Assembly: GCA_902536485.1 (NCBI GenBank)
Contig: CACAXP010000002.1
Coordinates: 11,618 to 75,617 of the forward strand
DNA: 64,000 nucleotides
Origin: an uncultured Alphaproteobacteria bacterium
GTDB lineage: Bacteria > Pseudomonadota > Alphaproteobacteria > Methylaequorales > Methylaequoraceae
Direction: 5' to 3'
In this document: one piece after another, positions 46,225 through 55,174 of the stretch
Numbering within the stretch: position 1 is the stretch's first letter
How the letters are laid out: the number at the start of each line of letters is the position of its first letter
Notes under the pieces: model-generated
Database searches by the model: none
Told to the model about the DNA's origin: nothing
What the model saw: only the letters and a program-made list of their open reading frames with translations
Position numbers and translations under genes: made by a program

Positions 46225-47139
46225 CTATTCTTTTAATAATTTTATAAATATATCCTCTAAATCTGATTCTTTGGTTGTAATTTCTTTTAATTTAAATTTT
46301 TTTTCCACAAATGCTTTAATTACTTCAGCTGTACTTATTTGACTTTTTTTGAATTTAAGTACAACTTTTTTTTCTTCTTTTGAAATAACAAATTTTTTAA
46401 TTTTTTGGGGAACAGAATTTACTTTTTCAGAAAATTCTATAATCAACTCCTTATCGTTAAGTAGTTTCAGGAGATTATTTTTTGTGTCGTGCGCAATAAC
46501 TTTTCCTTTATTGATTACTGCAATCTCATCACAAAGAATTTCTGCTTCTTTAAGGTAATGTGTGGTAAGAATTATAGTTACACCTTGTTTGTTCAATAGT
46601 CTTATATAATTCCACAATTTAGTTCTCAACTCTACATCTACACCTGCTGTGGGTTCATCTAAAATTAATAGAGTAGGTGAATGGACTAAAGCCTTAGCTA
46701 CCATTAGCCTTCTTTTCATCCCTCCAGATAAGCTTCTAGAATAAGCATTAGACTTTTCATGAAGATCTAAGTTTTTAAGAATTTCTAGATTTTTATTCTT
46801 TTTTTTTTTTACACCATACATACCTGATTGAATATTCATTATTTCTATTGGTGTAAAAAAAGGATCAATATTTATTTCTTGGGGAACAACACCAATGTTT
46901 CCTTTAATGGTCTTGGAGTCCTTATCAAGATCAATACCACAAACAAATACTTTGCCAGACGTTTTATTAGATAGACCAGATAAAATATTAATAAATGAAC
47001 TTTTCCCAGCTCCATTTGGTCCTAGAAGACCAAAAATTGTACCTTGTTCTATTTTTAAATCTATGTGATCTAATGCAAGTGATCCTTTATTACCGTATTT
47101 TTTTGTAAGACCCTTAACATCAATTATTTTATTTTTCAT
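46225..47139 (-). CDS. ABC transporter ATP-binding protein (ABC-2 / YadG-like exporter ATPase)
   Basis: 304 aa. Walker A GPNGAGKSS, signature LSGGMKRRL, Walker B LLILDEPTAGVD, plus a C-terminal accessory domain. Confidence 0.9.
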   Translation of the reverse strand: MKNKIIDVKGLTKKYGNKGSLALDHIDLKIEQGTIFGLLGPNGAGKSSFINILSGLSNKTSGKVFVCGIDLDKDSKTIKGNIGVVPQEINIDPFFTPIEIMNIQSGMYGVKKKKNKNLEILKNLDLHEKSNAYSRSLSGGMKRRLMVAKALVHSPTLLILDEPTAGVDVELRTKLWNYIRLLNKQGVTIILTTHYLKEAEILCDEIAVINKGKVIAHDTKNNLLKLLNDKELIIEFSEKVNSVPQKIKKFVISKEEKKVVLKFKKSQISTAEVIKAFVEKKFKLKEITTKESDLEDIFIKLLKE

Positions 47140-47189
47140 TTCCTTGAATTATAATTATATTAAAATATACACTTAACTATTAAATTACA

Positions 47190-47351
47190 ATGGCACTTAA
47201 TTTTGAACTCGACATCACCTACACTGAAGGAGACACTATTAGCTGTCAAGGTGTTAATTCTCATGATTCTCATCCCAAAGTTTTTCTAGACTTAAGTTCA
47301 GGCGGAGTTGTAGTTTGTCCGTATTGTGGTGCAAAATTTAAAAAAAAATGA
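47190..47351 (+). CDS. Small zinc-finger protein (zf-CHCC type, NDUFS6 C-terminal-like), 53 aa; not in the supplied ORF track
   Basis: Translated by hand: MALNFELDITYTEGDTISCQGVNSHDSHPKVFLDLSSGGVVVCPYCGAKFKKK. The C...HP.VFL...CPYCG pattern is typical of zf-CHCC. Its TGA overlaps the polA ATG (ATGA). Confidence 0.75.
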   Translation: MALNFELDITYTEGDTISCQGVNSHDSHPKVFLDLSSGGVVVCPYCGAKFKKK

Positions 47352-50128
47352 ATATGTCAAATAGTAATGAGCTAGTTTTAGTGGATGGTTCAGGGTATAT
47401 CTTTAGAGCATATTATGCTCTTCCTCCAATGCATAGATCAGATGGACTACCAGTAAATGCAATTTTTGGTTTTTGTAACATGTTGCTAAAGCTGATTGAT
47501 GACATTCAAATTGAAAAAGGAGGGAAAGTCTCAATTGCTGTAATTTTTGATGCAGCAAGAGAAACTTTTAGAAATGTCATTTATTCTGAATATAAAGCAA
47601 ATAGGTCAGATCCTCCTGAAGATTTGATACCTCAATTTGATATTATTAAGAAAGTTCCTGACTTTTTTAACCTAAAATCAATTCAATCTCAGGGCTTTGA
47701 AGCGGATGATCTGATAGCATCTTATTCTAAAGCGGCTTCCAAAATTGGTAAAAGCGTTACAATTATTTCTTCAGATAAAGACTTAATGCAGTTATTGAAC
47801 GATAACGTCTCAATAATAGACCCAATAAAAAAAAAAGAAGTTACAAAAGAAACAGTTTTTGAAAAATTTGGAGTTTTCCCGGATAAAGTAATTGATGTAC
47901 AAGCTTTAGCAGGAGATTCATCTGACAATATTCCTGGAGCCCCTGGTATTGGTCCAAAAATAGCTTCCTTATTAATTAACGAATATAATTCTATTGAAAA
48001 TTTATTGAAAAATACCAGTAAAATTAAACAAGAGAAGAGAAGAGCCAGTCTAGAGGAAAACAAAGAAATTATAAAAATCTCAAAACGACTGGTTACTCTA
48101 AAAGATGATGTTGAGCTTCCTATATCAATTAATGAGTTATCTTACGAACCAATGGATGTACAAAAGTTAGTAACATTTCTTGAAGAAATGGAATTTAATA
48201 AAATTAAATCAAGCGTGATTTCAAAATTTGGTTTGAAAGAAAAAGATTCAAAAAATAATGACGAAAAATTAGAAAAAAAAGTCTTTTTAACTATAGATGA
48301 AGAGCCTGTTAATAAAAAAAAATATGAACTTATAGAAGACGAAAGGTCTTTAAAGAGATGGTGTGATTTTGTTGAATCAAAAGGAATTGTCGCTATTGAC
48401 TGTGAAACCAACTCTCTTAATGCAGTTGATGCAGAAATTATAGGTTTTTCAATGTCAGTAGAGAATAGTAAGGCGTGTTATATTCCCCTCAGGCACAAAA
48501 GTGAAAAATGTGACCAGATTGAAATTCAAAGTTTTATAAATTTAGTTAGACCAATTCTTGAAGATGAATCGGTGCTAAAGATTGGACAAAATATAAAATA
48601 CGATTTTATTATTCTTAGAAATATGGGAATCGTGACAAAAAATATGGATGACACCATGTTGATGTCGTATGTACTTAGAACTGGTTATAGAGGACACAAT
48701 TTAGACGAATTATCCTCAGATTACCTTTCTCATTCTACAAAAAAGTTTTCTGATGTTACTATTGTAGATAAAAAAAAGGTGTGTTTTAGTGAAGTTGACA
48801 TTGATGTTGCTAAAGAATATGCAGCCGAGGACTCAGACGTTACTTTTAGATTATGGGAAATTTTAAAAAAAGAACTTTTAAAGAGTAAGCTCTATGAGTT
48901 TTATTTTTATTTTGAAAAGCCTTTGATTGAGATTATAGCTTTAATGGAAATTAATGGATGTAAAATAAACAATGAACATCTTATTTCTTTGACATCTGAA
49001 TTTTCAAAAAAAATAAAAACTATAGAAAAAAAGGTTTTTGAAATGAGCGAAGAAAATTTTAATGTCGGTTCTCCAAAACAGCTTGGAGAGATTCTCTTTT
49101 CAAAACTAAAGTTACCTTATGGAAAAAGAGGAAAAAGTGGTAACTATCAAACTGATGTTAAAATCTTAGAAAAACTAAAGTCTGAAAAATTTTTGATTGC
49201 GGAACATGTTCTTGAGTGGCGTCAATTCTCTAAACTTAAAAGTACTTATTGCGAAGGTTTACTATCAAGAAAAAGTAAAAAAACATCTAGGATTCATACT
49301 TCTTTTGGTATGGCAAGTACATTAACAGGCAGGCTTTCTTCTAATGATCCAAATCTCCAAAATATTCCTATTAAAACAGCGGAAGGAAGAAAAATTAGAA
49401 AAGCCTTTATAGCCTCACCTAATCATTTAATTTTCTCAGTAGACTATTCACAAGTTGAACTAAGAATATTAGCACATGTTGCCAATGTAGATTCACTTCT
49501 AAATGCATTTCAAAAAAATGAAGATATTCATAGCGTTACAGCAATGGATGTTTTCCAGGTTGATAAAGCATCACTTAATTCAGATTTAAGAAGAAAAGCA
49601 AAGACAATTAATTTTGGAATTATTTATGGAATTTCACCTTATGGGCTTTCTGCACAATTAGATATATCAAATTCCGAGGCAAAGCAGTACATTGAAAGCT
49701 ATTTTAAAAAATATCCGGGAATAAAGGAATATATGGATAAAACAGTCAAAGACTGTCGTAGCAAAGGTTATGTAGTCACTCCATTTGGAAGAAGGATATT
49801 TATACCTTTTATTAACGACAAAGTGGCTAATAGAAGAAATTTTGCAGAACGCTCCGCTATTAATGCACCAATTCAGGGTGGAGCTGCTGATTTAATTAAA
49901 TTAGCCATGCCAAAAATTTATAAGTTCTTAACAAAAGAAAAACTTATGTCTAAAATGCTAATTCAAGTTCATGATGAACTTATCTTTGAGGTGCCGCAGA
50001 ATGAGGTTAAGATAATGAAGGAAAATATTCCAACAATAATGACTAATTCTCATAATATTTTTTTAGATTTGAAGGTACCAATAAAAGTTGATTTGGGTTT
50101 AGGTATAAACTGGGATGAGGCTAATTAA
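47348..50128 (+). CDS. polA: DNA polymerase I
   Basis: 926 aa. 5'-3' exonuclease N-domain, 3'-5' exonuclease domain (AIDCETNSL), polymerase motifs DYSQVELRILAH, RRKAKTINFGIIYG, QVHDELIFEV. Confidence 0.97.
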   Translation: MNMSNSNELVLVDGSGYIFRAYYALPPMHRSDGLPVNAIFGFCNMLLKLIDDIQIEKGGKVSIAVIFDAARETFRNVIYSEYKANRSDPPEDLIPQFDIIKKVPDFFNLKSIQSQGFEADDLIASYSKAASKIGKSVTIISSDKDLMQLLNDNVSIIDPIKKKEVTKETVFEKFGVFPDKVIDVQALAGDSSDNIPGAPGIGPKIASLLINEYNSIENLLKNTSKIKQEKRRASLEENKEIIKISKRLVTLKDDVELPISINELSYEPMDVQKLVTFLEEMEFNKIKSSVISKFGLKEKDSKNNDEKLEKKVFLTIDEEPVNKKKYELIEDERSLKRWCDFVESKGIVAIDCETNSLNAVDAEIIGFSMSVENSKACYIPLRHKSEKCDQIEIQSFINLVRPILEDESVLKIGQNIKYDFIILRNMGIVTKNMDDTMLMSYVLRTGYRGHNLDELSSDYLSHSTKKFSDVTIVDKKKVCFSEVDIDVAKEYAAEDSDVTFRLWEILKKELLKSKLYEFYFYFEKPLIEIIALMEINGCKINNEHLISLTSEFSKKIKTIEKKVFEMSEENFNVGSPKQLGEILFSKLKLPYGKRGKSGNYQTDVKILEKLKSEKFLIAEHVLEWRQFSKLKSTYCEGLLSRKSKKTSRIHTSFGMASTLTGRLSSNDPNLQNIPIKTAEGRKIRKAFIASPNHLIFSVDYSQVELRILAHVANVDSLLNAFQKNEDIHSVTAMDVFQVDKASLNSDLRRKAKTINFGIIYGISPYGLSAQLDISNSEAKQYIESYFKKYPGIKEYMDKTVKDCRSKGYVVTPFGRRIFIPFINDKVANRRNFAERSAINAPIQGGAADLIKLAMPKIYKFLTKEKLMSKMLIQVHDELIFEVPQNEVKIMKENIPTIMTNSHNIFLDLKVPIKVDLGLGINWDEAN

Positions 50129-50918
50129 TTTCGGAGGCCCTTTTATGAAGGTTTACAAAAACTCCCCTTAATTTTTTGGCGTTAAAAATTTCTTTTTCAA
50201 AAAAGAAACGAGAAGTGATTTGTTTTTTTCTGAGATCAAAACCATCCGGATCGATTCCAGTGATACTCCAGTCCCCATTTCTTTGTTCCCTGGAAATTTC
50301 ATTTTGCATTAAATTATTTACATACATTTTAATGCTTTTTTTATGACAAGAATTCATATGATTAATTATATTTTCTTCCGAATCCTTAAAATTGGATATA
50401 TTTTGACAAAGAATATCCTCACTTGTGAACCATTTCACTTGAGCGAAACCGCCAATTAAATGTGCGCTTTTTACATCCATTTTGTAAAAGTTCATATCTT
50501 TAAAATTGGCATATAAATTTGATGCAGGGTGTCTAGAAACAAATCTTTTTCTGTGATTGAGGTCTTTTGTTTTTTTTAACTTTCCAATAAGTGTTACTCT
50601 TGGTCTTGACATGGGATCTTCGTAAGATGAGAATTTATTATCAAATTTTGGAAAAAACTTATAGAGTTTTCTCTCTTCACAGAGCATTAATGATACAGAA
50701 TTTTTCTCTTGAACGTTCTTTGTATGTTCTGACAAATCTGAAAGCAGTAGTATTGGAGATAGATCATAGTCAAAAGCGGCAAGAGTAAAGGTACTATAAG
50801 AGAACGGCATATTCATTTGAGTTTTAATATTTTTGAAGTTTTTTGAATCAAACTCTGTTGATAAATATCCCCTAATAGCTGATCTTATTAATTGTCTTGC
50901 TTTAAAATTAATTTTCAT
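50121..50918 (-). CDS. HugZ-like protein: PNPOx-type FMN-binding split barrel plus DUF2470
   Basis: 265 aa. MPFSYSTFTLAAFDYDLSPILLLSDLSEHTKN...SVSLML...RPRVTLIGK...FVSRHPASNLYANFKDMNFY, then C-terminal INHMNSCHKKS...GDWSITGIDPDGFDL (DUF2470 pattern). Confidence 0.65.
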   Translation of the reverse strand: MKINFKARQLIRSAIRGYLSTEFDSKNFKNIKTQMNMPFSYSTFTLAAFDYDLSPILLLSDLSEHTKNVQEKNSVSLMLCEERKLYKFFPKFDNKFSSYEDPMSRPRVTLIGKLKKTKDLNHRKRFVSRHPASNLYANFKDMNFYKMDVKSAHLIGGFAQVKWFTSEDILCQNISNFKDSEENIINHMNSCHKKSIKMYVNNLMQNEISREQRNGDWSITGIDPDGFDLRKKQITSRFFFEKEIFNAKKLRGVFVNLHKRASEIN

Positions 50919-50956
50919 AGGTTTACAAATTTAAATTAATATGCACTAGTTAATAG

Positions 50957-51424
50957 ATGTTTACAATATTGAAGAATGTCAAATATCTTTTATTTTTCTT
51001 ATTACTTTCTTCCATAAAAGTTGAAGCAAATCAGCATGCAAAAATTGCACTTCATGGAGGATATACTTTTGAAACAAGCCTGGAGCAAAAAGCTACCGCC
51101 GTTTATCTTAGTTTTTTTAATAATAGTCAAAAAGAAGCAGAAATAGAATCCTTTAGTACAGATATAGCTAATTCTGTGGAAATGCACGATATCAAAATTA
51201 CTGATGATGTCGTAAAAATGCTTAAGGTTGAGAATGTCAAAATTAAACCAAAAAGTGAACTATTTTTACAGCCAGGGGGAAGGCATCTGATGCTTTTTGG
51301 TTTAAAAAAGAAGCTCAATGAAAAAGAGTCATTTGTTCTAAAAGTTCATTTGAAAAACAAAGTTATTTTAGAAACAAATATCTTAGTTTTAGATAAAAAG
51401 CTTAAAGCCAACTTTTTAAATTAA
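50957..51424 (+). CDS. Periplasmic copper chaperone PCu(A)C (DUF461)
   Basis: 155 aa. Signal peptide, then VEMHDI...M...GGRHLMLFGL (H/M copper-ligand motif). Confidence 0.8.
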   Translation: MFTILKNVKYLLFFLLLSSIKVEANQHAKIALHGGYTFETSLEQKATAVYLSFFNNSQKEAEIESFSTDIANSVEMHDIKITDDVVKMLKVENVKIKPKSELFLQPGGRHLMLFGLKKKLNEKESFVLKVHLKNKVILETNILVLDKKLKANFLN

Positions 51425-51430
51425 AAAATT

Positions 51431-51859
51431 ATGATAGCTAAGCAATTTCATTCAACTTCTGTTGTAATTGAAGATTTAGGTGTATTAATTAGAGGAAGGT
51501 CTGGGATTGGTAAGTCGGATTTAGCCCTACGTCTTATAGATTCAGGTGCAACCCTTATTTCAGATGATTTAACTATTTGTAAAAAAATTGGTGATTATTT
51601 ATACTTGTATCCACATTCTGAGACTAAAGGGCTTCTTGAAGTGAGGGAGATAGGAATTATGACTGTTCCATATGTTGAGAATATAAAATTAACTTTAGTG
51701 GTTGAGCTTGTGGAAGAGAAATTTGAAAGAATTCCTAGAGTTATGAGTTGTAATATATTAGGAATGAAATTTCCTAAAATTAAAATTTTCGGTAAAAGTT
51801 CTTCTGCAGTTGCAAAAATTAAAATCAAGCTTAATCAAATAAGAAGTTATGTCCAATAG
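51431..51859 (+). CDS. hprK: HPr kinase/phosphorylase, short alphaproteobacterial form (C-terminal catalytic domain only)
   Basis: 142 aa. P-loop IRGRSGIGKSDLALRLI, followed by ISDD. Confidence 0.85.
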   Translation: MIAKQFHSTSVVIEDLGVLIRGRSGIGKSDLALRLIDSGATLISDDLTICKKIGDYLYLYPHSETKGLLEVREIGIMTVPYVENIKLTLVVELVEEKFERIPRVMSCNILGMKFPKIKIFGKSSSAVAKIKIKLNQIRSYVQ

Positions 51860-52694
51860 AATTTTAATTGTTACGGGATTGTCTGGAGCAGGAAGAACTT
51901 CCGCATTAAAAATCCTAGAAGATTTTGGTTTTGAGGCAATTGATAATATTCCATTTTTCTTACTTAAAAATATCATTGAAGCAAAAGTTAAAAGAAATTT
52001 GGCTGTAGGAATTGATATTAGAAGTAGAGACTTTGATGCAAAAAAAATTATATCACTTATAAACAAGAAAAAGAAAAATATTGATATATCAGTTGTATTT
52101 TTTGATTGTGACAATCAAAAATTAATTAATAGGTACGACGAAAGTAGACGACTTCATCCACTAAAATTAGATTTACCTATGAATGATGTAATTGAAAGAG
52201 AACGAAACTGGTTGGAACCTTTGAAAAGACTAAGCCAATATTATTTGGATACAACAGATTTAACATTAAATTTACTTAGAAAGAAAATCAAGGCGCTTTT
52301 TCATAAAAATATAAAAATAAAACCAACTGTTAGAATAATCTCGTTTGGATATAAAAATGGTCTTCCAAGAGAGGCTGATTTTGTTTTTGATATGCGTTTT
52401 TTAAAAAACCCATTTTATGTAAAAAGGTTAAAAAAACTAGACGGAAAGAATTTAAAGATTATTACATTTGTTAAAAACCAAGGGCTTTTTATGATTTTTT
52501 TTGATAATATACAATTAATTGTTGATAAAATTTTGAATGGATTTCATGAAGAAGGAAAAGATTATATTACAATTGCATTTGGTTGCACTGGGGGAGTCCA
52601 TAGGTCTGTTGTAAGCGCAGAATATTTTCACTCTTTTTTACAAAAAAAAAAAGAGATTGATGCTTTTATCGACCATAGGGATTTAAAAATATGA
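51849..52694 (+). CDS. rapZ: RNase adapter protein RapZ (YhbJ-type P-loop NTPase)
   Basis: 281 aa. VTGLSGAGRTSALKILED, DIRSRDF, and the C-terminal AFGCTGGVHRSV motif. Confidence 0.9.
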   Translation: MSNRILIVTGLSGAGRTSALKILEDFGFEAIDNIPFFLLKNIIEAKVKRNLAVGIDIRSRDFDAKKIISLINKKKKNIDISVVFFDCDNQKLINRYDESRRLHPLKLDLPMNDVIERERNWLEPLKRLSQYYLDTTDLTLNLLRKKIKALFHKNIKIKPTVRIISFGYKNGLPREADFVFDMRFLKNPFYVKRLKKLDGKNLKIITFVKNQGLFMIFFDNIQLIVDKILNGFHEEGKDYITIAFGCTGGVHRSVVSAEYFHSFLQKKKEIDAFIDHRDLKI

Positions 52695-53113
52695 TTGGAA
52701 TAGTAATTGTAGGTCATTCAAATATTTCTAAGGAGTTCTTAATAGCTCTTGAACATATTGTTGGTAAGCAGGAAAACGTAATAGCCATATCAATTTTTCC
52801 AAATGATGATATTAATAAAAAAAGAGAAGAGATAATTAAATCTGTTAAAAAGGTCAATAAAGGAAAAGGGGTAGTAATTCTGACAGATATGTTTGGTGGT
52901 ACTCCCTCTAATCTTGCTATTTCAATTATGGAAGAAGAAAAAGTTGAGGTGGTCGCAGGTGTAAATTTGCCAATGCTCATAAAAATTTCCTCCCTGAGAA
53001 ATGAATGTGAAATAAAAGAATTAATTAAAATTTCTCAAGAGTCTGGAAGGAAGTACATGAACGTAGCTTCAGCTTTTTTTGGAGAGTCTAAAGATTGCAA
53101 GAAAAAAGATTAG
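52691..53113 (+). CDS. PTS EIIA component, mannose/fructose (EIIA-Man) family
   Basis: 140 aa. N-terminal MIGIVIVGHSN (phosphorylatable His) and LTDMFGGTPSN. Confidence 0.85.
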   Translation: MIGIVIVGHSNISKEFLIALEHIVGKQENVIAISIFPNDDINKKREEIIKSVKKVNKGKGVVILTDMFGGTPSNLAISIMEEEKVEVVAGVNLPMLIKISSLRNECEIKELIKISQESGRKYMNVASAFFGESKDCKKKD

Positions 53114-55158
53114 AGAGAAAAATCTTAATTACAAACAAATTAGGTCTTCATGCAAGAGCATCTGCAAAATTTGTAGATTTTACATCAAAATGTAAGTCAA
53201 AGTTTTTAGTTAAAAAAGGTAGAAATGTTGTTAATGGTTCATCATTGTTGGGTCTAATGACACTTGCGGCATCAAAAGGTACAGAAATTAAAATACAATG
53301 TGTAGGACAAAATGCAGAAGAGGATCTTCAAAAATTAATTAACCTCATAAAAAATAACTTTGGCGAAGAAAAACCACTACCAGGGAATTTGATTAAGGAA
53401 AAAATTTTTAAAGGTATTGCTGTATCTCATGGATTCGTAATAGGAAATTGTGCGATAAAAAAAAGTAGTGATTTATCTTATTCAAAATATAACATACCTA
53501 TTTCAGAGGTAACCAATGAAGTAAAAAGATTAAATAAAGCTGTAAAGAATTCAGTTTCAGATTTAGGAAAAATTATTAAAAAAATTAAAGACCATAAAAA
53601 TGATATTTATGGTGAAATGAAATTTATGCTTGAAGCAAATATTTCAATTATTTCTTCATCCTCCCTTGTTTCTGATGCAAAAAAAAGAATACATTCAGAC
53701 CTAATAAATGCTGAATTCGCTATCATTGAAGAATTAAACAAGCACTCTAAAATTTTCAAGAAAATAAAAGACGATTATCTTAAAGATAGATTTGATGATG
53801 TAAGAGATGTATGCAGAAGAATTTTGGAAAATCTCCAAAAGAAGAAAAGAAAGCAAAAATTAATTAGAGCTAATGAAATATTAATATCAAATGAATTAAG
53901 TGCTGCCGATCTTTTGTCATTATCAAAAACAAAGTTATCAGGATTAGTTAGTGTCATGGGAGGCCCAGAGGGTCATTTTGCTATAGTTGCCAGATCACTT
54001 TCAATACCAACTTTAGTGGGAGTTAAAAATCTTTTAAAAGATTTAAAAGATAACGAACCAATAGTGCTTGATGGGGAAAAAGGAATACTTATAAAAAATC
54101 CAAAAATCTCTACTATAAACTATTATAAAAAAAAAATTGAGGATCAGAAAAATGTAAATAAAAAGTTAAATTTTCTAAGAAAAAAAACTCCTTTAACATC
54201 TGATAATATAAGAGTTCGTATTGAAGCAAATATTGATAATTCCGACGAGGCAAAAGAGGCAATGAAAATTGGTATTGATGGTATTGGTTTATTAAGAAGC
54301 GAATATATGTTTATGGATAAAAAAAGAATGCCATCCGAAAAGGAGCAATTTTATTTCATAAAAAAAACTCTTAATCATCTGAAAGGCAAACCATTGACAA
54401 TAAGAACTTTAGATATAGGAAATGACAAAAAAGTTCCTTTCATTGAAAAATTTTTGGCAAAATCTCCTAACCCTGCACTTGGATTAAGGGCTATTAGACT
54501 CACTCTTGCATTTCCCAAAATCTTTAAAAGACAAATTTCTGCAATCTTAAGAGCAAGTATGTTTGGTAAAATTAGAATAATGTTACCAATGGTTTCAAAT
54601 GTTTCAGAAATATTAGAGGCAAAAAAGTTGATAAATGATGTTTCAAAAGATCTTTCCTTAAAAAAAAAAGAGTTTAATAGAAGAAATATTAAAATTGGTG
54701 TTCTAATTGAAACACCAGCTGCAGCTTTAATTTCTGAGTCGCTTGCTAAAAACTGTGACTTTTTAGCAATTGGTACAAACGATCTTACAATGTATACTCT
54801 TGCAATAGACAGAGGAGATGAAGAGGTAGCTAAAATTTATGATCCTGCTCATTTGTCTGTACTAAGACTTATTAAACTATCATCAGATTCTGCAAAAAAA
54901 GTTGGGGTACCTGTAAGTGTCTGTGGTGAAATGGCTGGTGATACAATGTTTACTTCCTTGTTATTAGGAATGGGTATCAAAACCTTATCAATGAGTATTT
55001 CAAGAATTTTAAAGGTAAAACAATTTATAACAAAAATTGACTCCAAAGAAGTTTTTAAAATTTGTAATGAAATATTTAGAGAACATGATAATTTGCTGAT
55101 TAAACATAAATTAAAAGTATATTATGACAAAATATACGACAAACTTAACAAATCTTAA
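53095..55158 (+). CDS. ptsI: Fused HPr(NPr-like)-Enzyme I phosphotransferase protein
   Basis: 687 aa. Residues ~1-90 are HPr (GLHARASAKF with the His; NGSSLLGLMTL with the regulatory Ser). After a short linker comes EI (GIAVSHGFVIG, GGPEGHFAIVARSLSIPT, AIGTNDLTMY, SVCGEMAGD). Single uninterrupted frame with a TTG start. Confidence 0.88.
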   Translation: MQEKRLERKILITNKLGLHARASAKFVDFTSKCKSKFLVKKGRNVVNGSSLLGLMTLAASKGTEIKIQCVGQNAEEDLQKLINLIKNNFGEEKPLPGNLIKEKIFKGIAVSHGFVIGNCAIKKSSDLSYSKYNIPISEVTNEVKRLNKAVKNSVSDLGKIIKKIKDHKNDIYGEMKFMLEANISIISSSSLVSDAKKRIHSDLINAEFAIIEELNKHSKIFKKIKDDYLKDRFDDVRDVCRRILENLQKKKRKQKLIRANEILISNELSAADLLSLSKTKLSGLVSVMGGPEGHFAIVARSLSIPTLVGVKNLLKDLKDNEPIVLDGEKGILIKNPKISTINYYKKKIEDQKNVNKKLNFLRKKTPLTSDNIRVRIEANIDNSDEAKEAMKIGIDGIGLLRSEYMFMDKKRMPSEKEQFYFIKKTLNHLKGKPLTIRTLDIGNDKKVPFIEKFLAKSPNPALGLRAIRLTLAFPKIFKRQISAILRASMFGKIRIMLPMVSNVSEILEAKKLINDVSKDLSLKKKEFNRRNIKIGVLIETPAAALISESLAKNCDFLAIGTNDLTMYTLAIDRGDEEVAKIYDPAHLSVLRLIKLSSDSAKKVGVPVSVCGEMAGDTMFTSLLLGMGIKTLSMSISRILKVKQFITKIDSKEVFKICNEIFREHDNLLIKHKLKVYYDKIYDKLNKS

Positions 55159-55174
55159 ATGAAAGAGATTAATA

